Shown piece by piece: positions 40,414-54,693 of a DNA stretch of 64,000 bases (its first letter is position 1; the number at the start of each line of letters is the position of its first letter). Position numbers and translations under genes: made by a program. The notes below the pieces were generated by a model. It was not told where the DNA came from. It made no database searches and worked only from the letters and a program-made list of their open reading frames with translations. Source of the stretch: Octopus sinensis (lineage: Eukaryota); the NCBI RefSeq assembly GCF_006345805.1, contig NC_043010.1, positions 41,416,001 through 41,480,000 on the forward strand, given 5' to 3'.

Positions 40414-42980
40414 TATATATATATATATATATATATACTTGTGTACTTCAACCTATATTCAATTAAGGTATGTGTTGTATTTATTCAGGTCACTGCCTGG
40501 AATCGAACTCGCAATCTTGGGATTAGTATCCCGCGCTCTTAAACACCACGTCATATGCCCGTGGGCAATTTTAGAGTGATATCTAGGGTTTATAAATTCT
40601 CCTATCCTTCCTTAATACCGGTTCCCATATGCTATTCATATCTGCACTCGGTTTGCTTAGGAGGTTGTTGTGTCCTAGCATATGTGCTGCTTCTTTTTAG
40701 TTTTCGTATTTTCCAGTGGTCTTTTCTGTCTATTATTTTAACTTCATCCCACAGGGCGAGGTGGTCTCCAATTCTGAGTGAAACTGGGGGAACAGAAACT
40801 GCGAAGAGCCTGTCCAATGTATTCCACTTATTTAGTCTTGCCATACACTACAATCCTACTGATTGCGCCTGAGAATTACGATAAAGCTACACGCTAATTC
40901 TGTAAATAGGTAATTCAGTTGATTGATCAAAAAATCCTTAGGCGGTTGTTAGGCTTGTAACAAGTCGCAACCCAATTGCCCTAAAAGCATACTGTGTTGT
41001 TAATAGAAAAAAAAAGTGGTATGACACATCAGATAAGGTTGTCGAAGATCACGGCTTGAAAGCGTTTGGTCTTGGGACAACAAGATCCATACAGATCTGC
41101 AGGTAAACAATGACATCAACTATTTGATTCAAACTCTTGACTATGAACTTCTATAAGATAATACAATTAAGCCACATACCCACATAAACTTTCTGCATAC
41201 CCAAACCATTGATCAAATATTAATTCACACGATAATATCAACAAGAAAAGCTAAAACAATTTCATAACACAACAACAAAATCTTGACGGAAATATTAATT
41301 TATTCTAAGCATTTTTCAAAATTTAATCATATTTTTTAACGAGTTTTTTTTAACACATTTGTCTTATCTGAACCACTTCATTTATGTCTTTCTCTCTATA
41401 TATATAACTTGTGTATGTGTGTATTTGCGAATCTGTATGTGTAGCTCTGTATGCGTATCGTCTGTATAAATATTTGCGTGTGTCACCTTTCTTCACGATA
41501 TTCTCCAGAATGTGGTTTTGGTTCTAAAACTGCAAGTATAAAATGTGACAAAATTTACTTCCATCGATCTCTTCCTACACTGCATTATACAGATGGAAAT
41601 ATCTGAGTGAGCGAGTGTATGGCTGTATAAATGTATGTATGTATGTATGGACGGATGTACGTATTTATGTGTGTGTGTGTGCACGAGCGCGTAGATAGAG
41701 CATATATATATATATATATATATACTTGTGTACTTCAACCTATATTCAATTAAGGTATGTGTTGTATTTATTCAGGTCACTGCTGGAATCGAACTCGCAA
41801 TCTTGGGATTAGTATCCCGCGCTCTTAAACACCACGTCATATGCCCGTGGGCAATTTTAGAGTGATATCTAGGGTTTATAAATTCTCCTATCTTCCTTAA
41901 TACCGGTTCCCATATGCTATTCATATCTGCACTCGGTTTGCTTAGGAGGTTTGTGTGTCCTAGCATATGTGCTGCTTCTTTTTAGTTTCGTATTTTCCAG
42001 TGGTCTTTTCTGTCTATTATTTTAACTTCATCCCACAGGGCGAGGTGGTCTCTAATTCTGAGTGAAACTGGGGGAACAGAAACTGCGAAGAGCCTGTCCA
42101 ATGTATTCCACTTATTTAGTCTTGCCATACACTACAATCCTACTGATTGCGCCTGAGAATTACGATAAAGCTACACGCTAATTCTGTAAATAGGTATTCA
42201 GTTGATTGATCAAAAAATCCTTAGGCGGTTGTTAGGCTTGTAACAAGTCGCAACCAATTGCCCTAAAAGCATACTGTGTTGTTAATAGAAAAAAAAAGTG
42301 GTATGACACATCAGATAAGGTTGTCGAAGATCACGGCTTGAAAGCGTTTGGTCTTGGGACAACAAGATCCATACAGATCTGCAGGTAAACAATGACATCA
42401 ACTATTTGATTCAAACTCTTGACTATGAACTTCTATAAGATAATACAATTAAGCCACATACCCACATAAACTTTCTGCATACCCAAACCATTGATCAAAT
42501 ATTAATTCACACGATAATATCAACAAGAAAAGCTAAAACAATTTCATAACACAACAACAAAATCTTGACGGAAATATTAATTTATTCTAAGCATTTTTCA
42601 AAATTTAATCATATATTTTTAACGAGTTTTTTTAACACATTTGTCTTTTCTGAACACTTCATTTATGTTCTTTCTCTATATATATAACTTGTGTATGTGT
42701 GTATTTGCGAATCTGTATGTGTAGCTCTGTATGCGTATCGTCTGTATAAATATTTGCGTGTGTCACCTTTCTTCACGATATTCTCCAGAATGTGGTTTTG
42801 GTTCTAAAACTGCAAGTATAAAATGTGACAAAATTTACTTCCATCGATCTCTTCCTACACTGCATTATACAGATGGAAATATCTGAGTGGCGAGTGTATG
42901 GCTGTATAAATGTATGTATGTATGTATGGACGGATGTACGTATTATGTGTGTGTGGTGCACGAGCGCGTAGATAGAAGCA
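40414..42980. repeat. Tandem duplication with a period of about 1287 bp, bounded by (TA)n
   Basis: ACTTGTGTACTTCAACCTATATTC at 40437 and 41724; the differences are mostly 1-bp indels. Confidence 0.95.
40475..40790 (-). mobile_element. Penelope-like GIY-YIG C-terminal remnant ending in a tRNA-like sequence (second copy at about 41765-42065)
   Basis: IGDHLALWDEVKIIDRKDHWKIRKLK...SKPSADMNSIWEPVL; followed by tRNA-like 40560-40490 and AATAAA. Confidence 0.7.
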
Positions 42981-42984
42981 TATA

Positions 42985-43044
<60 letters not shown>

Positions 43045-43121
43045 TATTGGTGTATATATAAACCAAATCCATAAATATATATATATGAATATACACACAA
43101 ACGCATGCACACATACAAACG

Positions 43122-43156
<35 letters not shown>

Positions 43157-43253
43157 TTATATATATATATATATTATATATATAATATATACAGTATATA
43201 TATATATATATATATATAATAATATATATATATATATTATATATATATATATC

Positions 43254-43289
<36 letters not shown>

Positions 43290-43372
43290 GCATGTATGTA
43301 TATGCTCCAGCATGGCCGCAGTCAAATGACTGAAACAAGTAAAAGAGTAAAGATTAAAAGAGTAATACAATT

Positions 43373-43404
<32 letters not shown>

Positions 43405-43721
43405 CATGCATATATATATATACATATATGCATGCATGTATATATATAATATATCAATTGTATATATGTATATATATACATATATATATACACACATATG
43501 TGTATATGTACACTTATATATATGTACATGTACACTTATATATGCGTGTGTATGTATATGTTTGTATATAGTTACCCTCATATGTGTGTATGTGTGAGTG
43601 TATACACATATAAATACATACATATAAGGGTATTATGTATTATAAAATGTGAATTTTTAATTATTTTCTGAGATTTTACAAAAACAACAACACACATGTA
43701 TATATACACATACGCACGTAT

Positions 43722-43763
<42 letters not shown>

Positions 43764-43789
43764 TATATATATATATATATAGATAATAG

Positions 43790-43791
43790 AT

Positions 43792-43850
<59 letters not shown>

Positions 43851-44345
43851 CATACATACATACATATATACATACATACACACACATACACACACACATA
43901 CATACATACGTACATACATACATGCATGCATGCATACATACATACATACATACATACATTACATACATACATACTACATCATACATACATATACATGCAT
44001 GCATGCATACATACATACATACATACATATACATACATACATACTACATGCATACATGCATGCATGCATACATACATACATACATACATACATACATACA
44101 TACATACATACATGCATACATGCATGCATGCATACATACAACATACATACACCCACACATACATACATACATACATCCAACATACATACATACATGCATA
44201 CATGCATACTACATACATACATACATACATACATACATACATACATACATGCATACATGCATGCATGCATACATACATACATACATACACACACACATAC
44301 ATACATACATACATACATACATACATACATACATACATACATACA

Positions 44346-44375
<30 letters not shown>
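43790..44375. repeat. (GATA)n and (CATA/CATG)n microsatellites
   Basis: Directly visible. Confidence 0.95.
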
Positions 44376-44376
<1 letters not shown>

Positions 44377-44759
44377 GTATACTGATATTATTAAGCATGA
44401 ATGTGTTTGTATAAACTGTACACGCAGTAGTTTCTCTGTATAGATATGTGTGTACCAGTTTATTTGTGCATTTGTATAACTATTGCGAGGTGCCATATGT
44501 GTGTGTGAATGTGAATGGGTTGGGCTAAGAATCTGCGATTGAAACGCACATCACACGTTTAGTGGTGACCACATTTATCTAATTGAATGGAAATGAGGAA
44601 TTAAAGATATCTATTAATAGATTCGAAGATGTTTATCTGAACACCTGAAAGAATGGTGGCTGAAATAACAGCTACAAGAATAACAACGACATTATTACAA
44701 AACAACAGTTGAAACTGTATCAAGAACCAAATGCTGTGACAACATACACCATGAGAATG

Positions 44760-44869
44760 ACGCTGAGGATAATTATGACGATAGAGATGAAGATGATGAG
44801 GATGACGATGATGGTGATGATGATGATTTGGTGGTGGGTGGTGTTGGGGTGGGTGGTGGTGGTGGTGTG

Positions 44870-44904
<35 letters not shown>

Positions 44905-45151
44905 TGGTGGTGGGGGGGGGTGGTGGTGGTGGTGATGGTGGTGAATGATGATGAATGATGATGATGATGAATGTGGTGGTGGTAGTGGTGGTGGTGGTGG
45001 TGGTGTGGTGAATGGTGGTGATGGTGGTGATGATGATGATGATGATGATGATGATGTTGATGATGATGATGATGATGTTGATGTTATGATGATGATGATG
45101 ATGATGTGGTGGTGGTGGTGGTGATGGTGGTGATGGTGGTGATGATGATGA

Positions 45152-45182
<31 letters not shown>

Positions 45183-45198
45183 GTGGGGATGGTGGTGG

Positions 45199-45251
<53 letters not shown>

Positions 45252-45416
45252 TGGTGGTGGTAGGGTGGTGGTGGTGGTGGTGGTGTGGGGGTGGATGATG
45301 ATGATGATGATGATGATGATTGATGATGATGTGGTGGGGGTGGGGTGGGGGGGGGTGGTGGTGGGGGGATGATGAGTGGGGGGTAGTGGTGGGGGGGTGG
45401 TGGGGGGGGGGTGATG

Positions 45417-45455
<39 letters not shown>

Positions 45456-45545
45456 GGTGGGGGTAGTGGGGGGGGGGGGGGGGGTGGTGGTGATGGTGGT
45501 GATGATGATGATGATGATGATGTTGATGTTGATGATGATGGAAGC
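44760..45545. repeat. Compound (GAT)n/(GGT)n/G-run low-complexity tract
   Basis: Directly visible. Confidence 0.95.
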
Positions 45546-45559
45546 TATCAAACTAACTG

Positions 45560-46451
45560 CTTGCTTCTAATGGAGGCACAGGGATTTAGGCGATTGCATC
45601 TACCTCAGGACATGACTGCTACTATATATTTTCTACCCTTATAGCCTCGGAGAGTTTTTGAATTCAGAATGTTAAGAACTGGATGAAATACCGCAAACGA
45701 CTCAAACGACTCAGATTGTTTGCCGCCATAAGATAGATAATAATTGTTTTTAATCAAGGCATAAAGTCAATAATTATGTGGGTAGTGATTAGTTAATCAT
45801 ATTAACCCCAATACTTGACAGGTGCTTTTCTTCATTGAAACCCAGAGGTATGAAAGGCGAAGTTGATCTCGGTAATTTGAGGGTCGGAAGAAATATTAGT
45901 TTCAATTTTTGGCACAAGACCAGCAATTTAGGGAAAAGGAGTAAGTCAATTACATCGATCCCCGTAATTAACTGGTACTTATTTTATCGACTCCGAAAGG
46001 ATGAAAGGCAAAGTTGGCCCCGGTGGCATTTGAACTCAGAATGTAAAGTCGGAAGAAATGTTACTAAGAATTTTTCTAGTACGGTAACAACTCTGCCAGC
46101 TCGCTGCCTTAATCGGAAGAAATATTGAGAGGTATTTTGTTGTAAAGATTATATCAACTTGCCGCCTTAATTATTATAATAATAATAATAAAAGGTCAAA
46201 TTTGGTGTCTGTGTGGTTGACTGTTGTTGTGTGATCTTTCTATGATAGTCACAAGGCCTGAAATTTCGGGGAGAGAACTAGTCGGTTACATCGACCTCAG
46301 TACTCAACTGGTACTCGTATGATTGATCCCAGAAGAATGAAAGGCAAAGTTAACCTCGGTAGATTATGAACTCAGAAGGTAAAGAGAGTCGAAATGTCGC
46401 GAAGGACTTTGTACGCTGCGGTACAAAGGACTTCGCTCGCTGCCTTAATGA

Positions 46452-46520
<69 letters not shown>

Positions 46521-46780
46521 GCCTTTCTACTAAAGGCATAGGACTTGAAATTTAGGTGGAGGGGGTCTAGTCGCTTACATCGACCCTAGTGTTTCACTAG
46601 TACTTAACTTATCGACCTCCGAAAGGATGAAGGCAAAGCCGATCTCGACCCCAGTGTTCCACTGGTACTTAATTTATCGATTCCGAAAGGATAACGGCAA
46701 AGCCGACCTCGGTAGATTTTGACTTCAGAACATAGCGACGGGCGAAATACCGCTAAGCATTTCGTGCAGTGTGCTAATGG
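45560..46780 (-). mobile_element. Cluster of about 5 diverged SINE family B copies
   Basis: Repeated GAAAGGATGAAAGGCAAAG...GAACTCAGAA cores. Confidence 0.8.
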
Positions 46781-46980
46781 TCTTTCAGTTTTTTTAAACC
46801 CTGTAAAAGAACTGGAAAGGTTAGGACTCAAACAGGTCCTTCGCGATACCCTTAAAGCCAGGAATTTTTTTAGCATCCCTTCGTACGTACATGCGTATGT
46901 ATGTATGTATGTATGTATGTATGTATGTATGTATGTATGTATGTATGTTTATTTTCTTTTTTCGTTTTTTCTTTTTTTTC

Positions 46981-47179
46981 CTTTTACTTGTTTCAGTCAT
47001 TTGACTGCGGCCATGCTGGAGCACCGCCTTTAGTCGAGCAAATCGACCTCGGGACTTATTCTTTGTAAGCCCAGTACTTATTCTATCGGTCTCTTTTGCC
47101 GAACCGCTAGGTGACGGGGACGTAAACACACCAGCATCGGTTGTCAAGCAATGCTAGAGGGACAAACACAGACACACAA

Positions 47180-47230
<51 letters not shown>

Positions 47231-47242
47231 ACACCATATATA

Positions 47243-47287
<45 letters not shown>

Positions 47288-47449
47288 TACGGGCTTCTTT
47301 CAGTTTCCGTCTACCAAATCCACTCACAAGGCTTTGGTCGGCCCGGGGCTATAGCAGAAGACACTTGCCCAAGATGCTACGCAGTGGGACTGAACCCGGA
47401 ACCATGTGGTTGGTTAGCAAGCTACTTACCACACAGCCACTCCTGCGCC
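46981..47449 (-). mobile_element. SINE family A, full length
   Basis: Reverse complement of the consensus. Confidence 0.92.
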
Positions 47450-48131
47450 TATGTATGTATGTATGTATGTATGTATGTATGTATGTATGTATGTATGTAT
47501 GTATGTATGTATGTATGTATGTATGTATGCATGTATGTATGTGCATAACGGGCTATCACACAGTTTTCGTCTATTAAACAAATTTGCTTTAAAAGCGTTG
47601 GTCAATTCGAGGTTACAGTAGAAGAAACTTGCTCAAGAAGAAACGTGTAGATAGGGTATTGAAGCCAAAAGCACGTTGTTACTAAGCCTATTTTAACTAG
47701 TTATACACTCATACATATATACACACATTCATACTTTCATATGTATACATACATACGTGCATGCATTCATAAATACATACATAAATGCAAGAATATGAAT
47801 ATAGATTAACTTATATGTGCATATGGGAATACATATTCATACAGGCACACACAATCATGCTCACCCCCCCCCCCTCCACACACACACACATACATGCACA
47901 TATTCTCATACATATTCTCACACATATTTACTCACATTGTCATATACATACACACAGCTAACCTGTTACATTGAATACTCCCTCACTCTTCATCCTTGAC
48001 CTGGTTAATCACCAGACCTTAGCACCAACTGGTGATTATTCATTCTTCATTTACGCACACTCACACACATTCACGCACTTGCACACAGATTCATGCACTA
48101 TACACAGTTACTCACACATGTGCACACACAC

Positions 48132-48176
<45 letters not shown>

Positions 48177-49305
48177 GAACGTGTGCGTAATCACATACAC
48201 ACACGCACACAGACCTGAAGATAAACGCAGTCACTCAGGTAAGCAAACGTACCGGCAGGTAGACAGAGAGGCAGACAAGACAAAGAGAAACATGCACGAA
48301 AGAGGTGTAAAAAGGTGTGGTAGGGAAGAGAGAAAAGAATGAAATTATGAAGGGAATAGACTAAAAAAATAAGAATGAAAAGAAGAAAGAATTAAAGGAA
48401 GGAAAGAAGGAAGGAAGGAAGGAAGGAAGGGAGAAAGAAAGGCAGAAATAGGGAAGGGAAAAAAGAGTTTAATTTTAAAGACATAAAAGAAATAAGAAAT
48501 ACATGAGAAAGAAAACAGAATGGGAGAATATAATAAATAATTTCATTCTGCGCAGCTTTCTCAAATTGTGAGCACGTAGCCTAGTTAGCTGCAAATTAGT
48601 ATCATAAGGTAGCTACTATAAAGGACAGACGACGCAACACGTGACATGCAGACCTACAAAAGAAAACATTTGTCCTTTGCCAGAGTTTTATTGATAAATA
48701 TCATAATTGTAAGAATAACAGGTTTCTCATGAAAGGACTACTCGTTGGTTGAGAAGAAAGACAGATTCATAGAAATAACAAGATAACGAGAAAACTGTGG
48801 TTCGGTCACATCTGTAGAGTGACTGGGTCACAAATATAATAATGTTCGGAAAATAAAAGATTAAAGAGGTTGACTAAAGCGAGAATGTATTAACCAGATT
48901 GAGACTTGGGACTAAAATGAGAACATCGGAATGCACAAAGAAAGCCCATGATCGATTAGAAGGGATGGAAAGGGAAAGTAAAATATCAGAAGTGTCCTTT
49001 ATTTAGTTGTGGTTTGTGGTTTTGGTAAAAAATATTTTCTTTATTTGTCGATATATGACCTATAGTTTTGTCAAAACAGTATTAAAGTGGGATGATTAAG
49101 AATTTTAGCGATTTGTTGTACACAAGTCTAAATGTTTACTTAGTGGGATCTGGCTGTTATTAGTTGCCTATGAATTCAGTGTCTCGGTATCATTTTTGTC
49201 TGTTGTATGTAATTTTGTTTTACAACTATTTATAAGATGTGTCTTTAATAGGTTGGTAATTAGGACAACCACATTTTTTTTACTATTGGTGTTATGACGC
49301 TGGAA

Positions 49306-49341
<36 letters not shown>

Positions 49342-50099
49342 GATATTTTTATTGTCTTTTGCTTTTGATTACTTTATGCATTTCGAGAGATTGCTTTCAC
49401 TTTTGGGTCTTCCTTTCATAATAGAATATTTTAATCGATAATGTTGAATGTTTCTTAACTTTTAGGTTGTCCGTTGTGATTTAACTTAGATTATTAAGTG
49501 TATTTGAATTATTTTTTGTCCTTCGTAAGTCTTGAATATTTATTGATTTGAATATCTATTAAATTTGTTATCAATAAATTTCGTCTGGTACTATCTTTCA
49601 AATAATATTTGTTTTAATTTTTGGTGATTTATTTCGCATTTCAGAATTCGAAACTATTGAACATATTCTTCGTACTAGATTGAACGATATGTTTATTTTG
49701 ACATACATACAATGTCGCTACATACACCTATTCTTCAGCTGAGTATCTTAGTACCAATGTTTTTATTCTGGGTGTTGCAGGAATTGCAACCCACTAGGAA
49801 TATGTTAGTTTTCATAAAATATTATTCCACGATCTATTCCGGCCCTTATTTGTTTCATGAATATTAGACATCAATCAAGTAATATAGTAATGTGTTTGAG
49901 ATTTTGGCAGCATTCCACAGTTCCTCCAGAATTTTTCTGCTTCTTTGGAATACAAAAACTTGCTTTCACAAGATTAAATTATTGTTTTTGGCACTCAGGG
50001 TCGATTCGATATTGCTGGAACTTCCTCTTTGTCATGCTATATATAAATCATTGGCATAGACAAAACATTTGGTATACTATAATCTTTCGGCTTAACGTA

Positions 50100-51200
50100 T
50101 TGAACAATGGAGTTTCGTAATTTTAGTGTACGGTTCTTACTAATCAACATCTGCGTCTACGTCCTATCATAATAACATCAATGAGCTATGTGAAATTCAT
50201 GTAATTTGTTAAACTGTGTAAATATTTTTGGACAGTGAGCGGTTAACTGTATCGTACGCTGCAATTAGCTCAAGAAAAACTATTCCTAGAAATTTCCTTT
50301 GTTCAAAGTTATCCTATATAGAGAGTGAGAGCAAGTAATTTAGTTCGTAGTTGACCTTCCAGAGCAGAATCCGGCTTTTTTAGAAATAAGGTTTTGTTCA
50401 ATAACAAGTGATAATCTGATTGGAATATCACTTGTTACTCAAAGATCTTGTAAGGATTTCTTAATCAGTGGGAAGTTTTCTGTCACTGAGAAGAATCTTT
50501 CCCTAGCTTCTGAAGAACGATTAGCTTGGTTTTCTTCCATACATGGGGGGGGGGTGTAGAGAGATACTGCCATATTTGAGCGTCAGGCCCCAAAAGGCTT
50601 ATCTGTACAGATGTTGTCAAGATCTCTTCTTTTTCCATTTTTGTTGCTCTATGTAAAACTTCTTGTAAATACGCAGCTTCAATTGTGGTTTGGGTGATTT
50701 TCGTTCTGATTGACATTTTTTGTGACTATTTTTCCTTCATTGTTTTTAGGCATTTGGTTCGCTGTGATATTGTAATACTCCCTCTCCGTGCTATTTTTAT
50801 TTATATTTATAAATTCTAATAAAGTTGCCAAATTTGTCGTCGTTGACCCGAGAAGGAATTCATAAGAAATTCTACATTATAAACTCTGAAACTAAATCAA
50901 TTTCAAACTTTTATTTCCATTCTTTATACAATACGGAGTTTTCTTTTGTATGTAGTCGAATGTATTTTGTGTTTATTTTCTTTATTTAGCAAACTATTCG
51001 CAATTTTGCCATAGTTTTCTGCTTTACATTCAGTTTGTGGCAGTTACCGCTGTCCTCTTTAAACATTTTCCAATTTGCATTCTGAAAAATTGAATCGGTG
51101 TCAGAAATGAAATTATTATTGGAAAGATAATTTGATCTACCCTGCCACAAATGGATCGGTGCTATTTTAAGGAAATTATGTCCAAGACTAACTTCTTATA
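50100..51200 (-). mobile_element. Highly decayed LINE RT remnant (Vingi/I-group-like)
   Basis: Minus strand GFCSGRSTT, GIVFLELIAAYDTVN and RFNF.NANWKMF. Confidence 0.55.
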
Positions 51201-51426
51201 CATTACTGCATTTTGATTACAAACTTTAATTCAAGATCGCTTCCTCGTTTTCAGTGTCCAGTGTTAACTGATTAAACTGAAAGGGTTTCTTTCCGCCTTA
51301 GGAATTAACTTCTTCATCCGTGACAGTAACTCGGTTATCCTATTAAATATATTTACAATTATCATCTCTATATTATTTACATTATTTACATTTGACGGAT
51401 ATTTGTCCTCATCTTGTTTGCTGTTA

Positions 51427-51470
51427 GCACAACTTTTCGGCTGATATACTCTCCAGCCTTCATCAGGTGT
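51427..51470 (-). ncRNA. Minimal hammerhead motif (degenerate copy)
   Basis: ACAC-CTGATGA-A-GGCTG-GAGAGTATAT-CAGCC-GAAAA-GTT-GTG; position 15.2 appears mutated. Confidence 0.65.
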
Positions 51471-51547
51471 CTTGGGGAAATTTCGAGCCTGGTTTCACAT
51501 TCTTAAGGTATTTTTCGATGTTGCTGTTGTTGTTGTAATCATTATTA

Positions 51548-51600
<53 letters not shown>

Positions 51601-51611
51601 TATTATATATA

Positions 51612-51664
<53 letters not shown>

Positions 51665-52165
51665 GAGTGAGAGAGCAGTTCATGCCATCAAAGTGACACT
51701 GGGGTAAAATATACGAAGCCCAATATACCCATCATGACTACCCGTCTGATAAGGGTACACCAGGCACATGCATCACAACCATATGTGCGCGACATGGTGA
51801 TCTCAAGCATATGACCTTGCAGGTGGGGCCCAGTTAGAATTTTCTTCAGGTTGAGTAGCCCATCCCGCTCAAAAGGTCCCTGAATAAGGGTTGTTTAAGG
51901 ATGTTGAAAGGACCACCCATGTTTCCAGAGGTGAATTAATCAAACCCCAAAGAATCCCTCTCAACACATGGCTATGATGCTCCCCCACTACTTCTGCTCG
52001 TGATCAGAGATGCACATATTGTCAGCCACCAAGGGACATGCTCAACTGGTTACGGTCAAACAACTGACAAGCAAATCTGTGGTATTGAGCAGAATATTTG
52101 CTGTAGTCCATCTTTTATACCAAGACAAAACAATGTACATGATAACACTTCCAATCAGTTAAGTA
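51665..52165 (-). repeat. Probable short retroposon flanked by (ATT)n
   Basis: GC-richer island between (ATT)n tracts; only one copy in the window. Confidence 0.4.
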
Positions 52166-53220
52166 TTATTATTATTATTATTATTCACTGCCTGGAATCG
52201 AACTGTATTAACATCTCTAATGACGATTTTTTTTTTCTTTTATGAGTTTACGAGTTTTATATGAGAAACCAGAAAGGATGTACAAGGAGGTTTGTGAATT
52301 GATGAGTTTTTCCAGTTCTGCCTGCAATACATCAATATTGACACTTCTACTTCCATGTTGATATAATCGAATTTTAGTTTTTCTCTAATAGTGCAGTTCT
52401 GTATTTTTAAGTGTTTATCCAGTGGTCATAGTAATAAGCGAGGGTGGGGTGGGGGCGGTTCTTGATTGCTTTACAGATTGATGATATGGCATCTGTAAAT
52501 GAAAGTGTCTCCTTCAATATTTTTGATAAGATGGATCTTTTATTGTTTAGGGATATACGGTTGTTGCATGTAAGGGAGTCCGATCTTTGGTAAGCACGGT
52601 CGTATGTTTCAGTCTTATTAGGCCTTCTCAGCAAAGCGCAATTACTTGCCAGACAATATGACTGACAGATATTTAGAGTGAATAAGCACTAACTGGTATG
52701 ACATGTCATGAGACTGATTGGAGACGGGATTGCAAAGGGATATTTTCTGAATGTCCTCTTCATTCAATTTTTAATGAAGTTTTGGTTAATTTAAGTTTGA
52801 AAATGATGTGTGTGTCTGTTAGACTGTATGTATAAGCATAGACACGCACAGAGAACGAGAAAGAGAGGGAGGGAGAGTGACAACATGTAATAATGTCAGA
52901 GTAATGTAAAGAATATTCTCGAAGAGGCTGAGTGTTTATGCTGCAATATGTTGATTGAAAGTGAGACCCGCATCTAAAATTTGAGAGTGTTCAGTTACAA
53001 TATTATATAAAACGGTTTCACATCTACCACTCTGCTACAGACCTACCCCAAGGGTAAACGGGGTGTCACCCCACATTCAATATGACCAAAGTATCACTTA
53101 CCTCCACCATTATTTTAACTGTATGTTATATTGACCGACATTTACAAACCTATTTTCTCTCCCCACTCTCTCATTCTTCACACACACGCATGTATATAGA
53201 AAGAGTATTTATATATGTGC

Positions 53221-53252
<32 letters not shown>

Positions 53253-53454
53253 CGAGAGAGAGAGAGATAGAGAGAGATAAATTTGCATATATATCTATGT
53301 GTGTATGTATAAATATATATATACTCACATATGCATGTATGTATATATATCTTTTACATGTTTCAGTCATTACATTGCGGACATGCTGAGCAATGCATAT
53401 TCGTGTATATTTACAAGGGGTTTTTTGCAAAAGATACCTGATATAGTCACAATA

Positions 53455-53830
53455 TCTGTCGTGACCTGAATTTAGTGGTAGTCACTGAGCTTATCAGGGT
53501 TTTTTTTTTTTTTGGCAAACTGCTTTGAATGTGTAGATGTAGTGGAATAGTGATTCTGGTACTGTTAAAGTGGTTGCCGTTTTAAAAGGATGAGTATTTT
53601 ATTTCTTTGTACAGTTGATTTGTTCCTCATGCATAACCAACCATGAAGAACAAATCAGCCGCACAAAGAAATAAAAAGCCAATCACTTTAACACGGTAAC
53701 CATTTTTCCAGTACCAGAATCATTATCTCACTAGATCTACACATTCAAAGCAGTTTGCCATCGGCCCTTCAACAAAAAAAACACACCCTGATAAGCTCAG
53801 TAACTACTACTTAATTCAGGCCACAACAGG
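53455..53830. repeat. Diverged foldback (about 170-bp arms), MITE-like
   Basis: TGGCAAACTGCTTTGAATGTGTAGAT / ATCTACACATTCAAAGCAGTTTGCCA and CTGAGCTTATCAGGG / CCCTGATAAGCTCAG; centre near 53636. Confidence 0.85.
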
Positions 53831-54142
53831 CAAATAGAATGTTCTTCAAGCCGAGGATTTTAAACTTACGGTGACAATATTTACATATCGCCCATGGAAA
53901 CACTACGAGATTTTATAATGCAAGGAAACAGTTGCATAATCAAGTACCTGCATGCTTCGAGAACTACGTCGCGTCGAAACAATTGTAGTAAATGAAAATA
54001 AATGTCCGACCGTACTCCTTCTTGCTGACTCCAATTTTTGCATGTACCAATTCACGCACGACAGATACCCAAACACAAACCTGGAAGTACGTATAATACT
54101 GGATAGCGCAGGGTAAATCTGAAGATGGACGAGCTTTATATA

Positions 54143-54180
<38 letters not shown>

Positions 54181-54693
54181 CACAAAGTAAGTTAGGGGTT
54201 GTGGGTGTAACCCACTAAGGGATAGTATTTATCCAATATACTGTTGGTAAAGTACCCAGATTCTTAATACGTAAATGTTTTTAATTGCAATACAATTAAC
54301 TTATTTATTGTATTAAACGGGTAAAGGTAAAGAAATATTTTACCGTTAATTTATAATACAAATAAGATAATGGAGAGACAAATTTAGTTTGTTCATCAAC
54401 TTTCAGATATTAGAATGTTGGATTATTTATTCATTTAACAAAATGAAAACATTAATAGCATACATATATATCTTAAATTCAATACATATAAGATAAGAAT
54501 ACAAATTATAAAAATCATAATAAATTATTGAAATCATTAAAATCACTTCTTACAGCTGTTTCAGCCTATGGTTAAAATTAGTTATTTTTATTTTCATTAC
54601 CTATAGTTGTCCATATATTGAGGTTGGAGGCCCCAATAACTAACTTATAATTCAGAAACAAGATAACACGTGTCCCGTCATTATATTGACGCC

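Noticed and set aside
44760-45545. His/Pro-rich ORF or G-quadruplex element
   Set aside because: Low-complexity triplet tract, likely error-prone in assembly, with no evidence of function
53977-53991. Isolated GAAAC-AATT-GTA (also 19159-19170 and 10037-10046 minus)
   Set aside because: Only the 3' half is present, with no CUGANGA or helix II; could be chance or truncation
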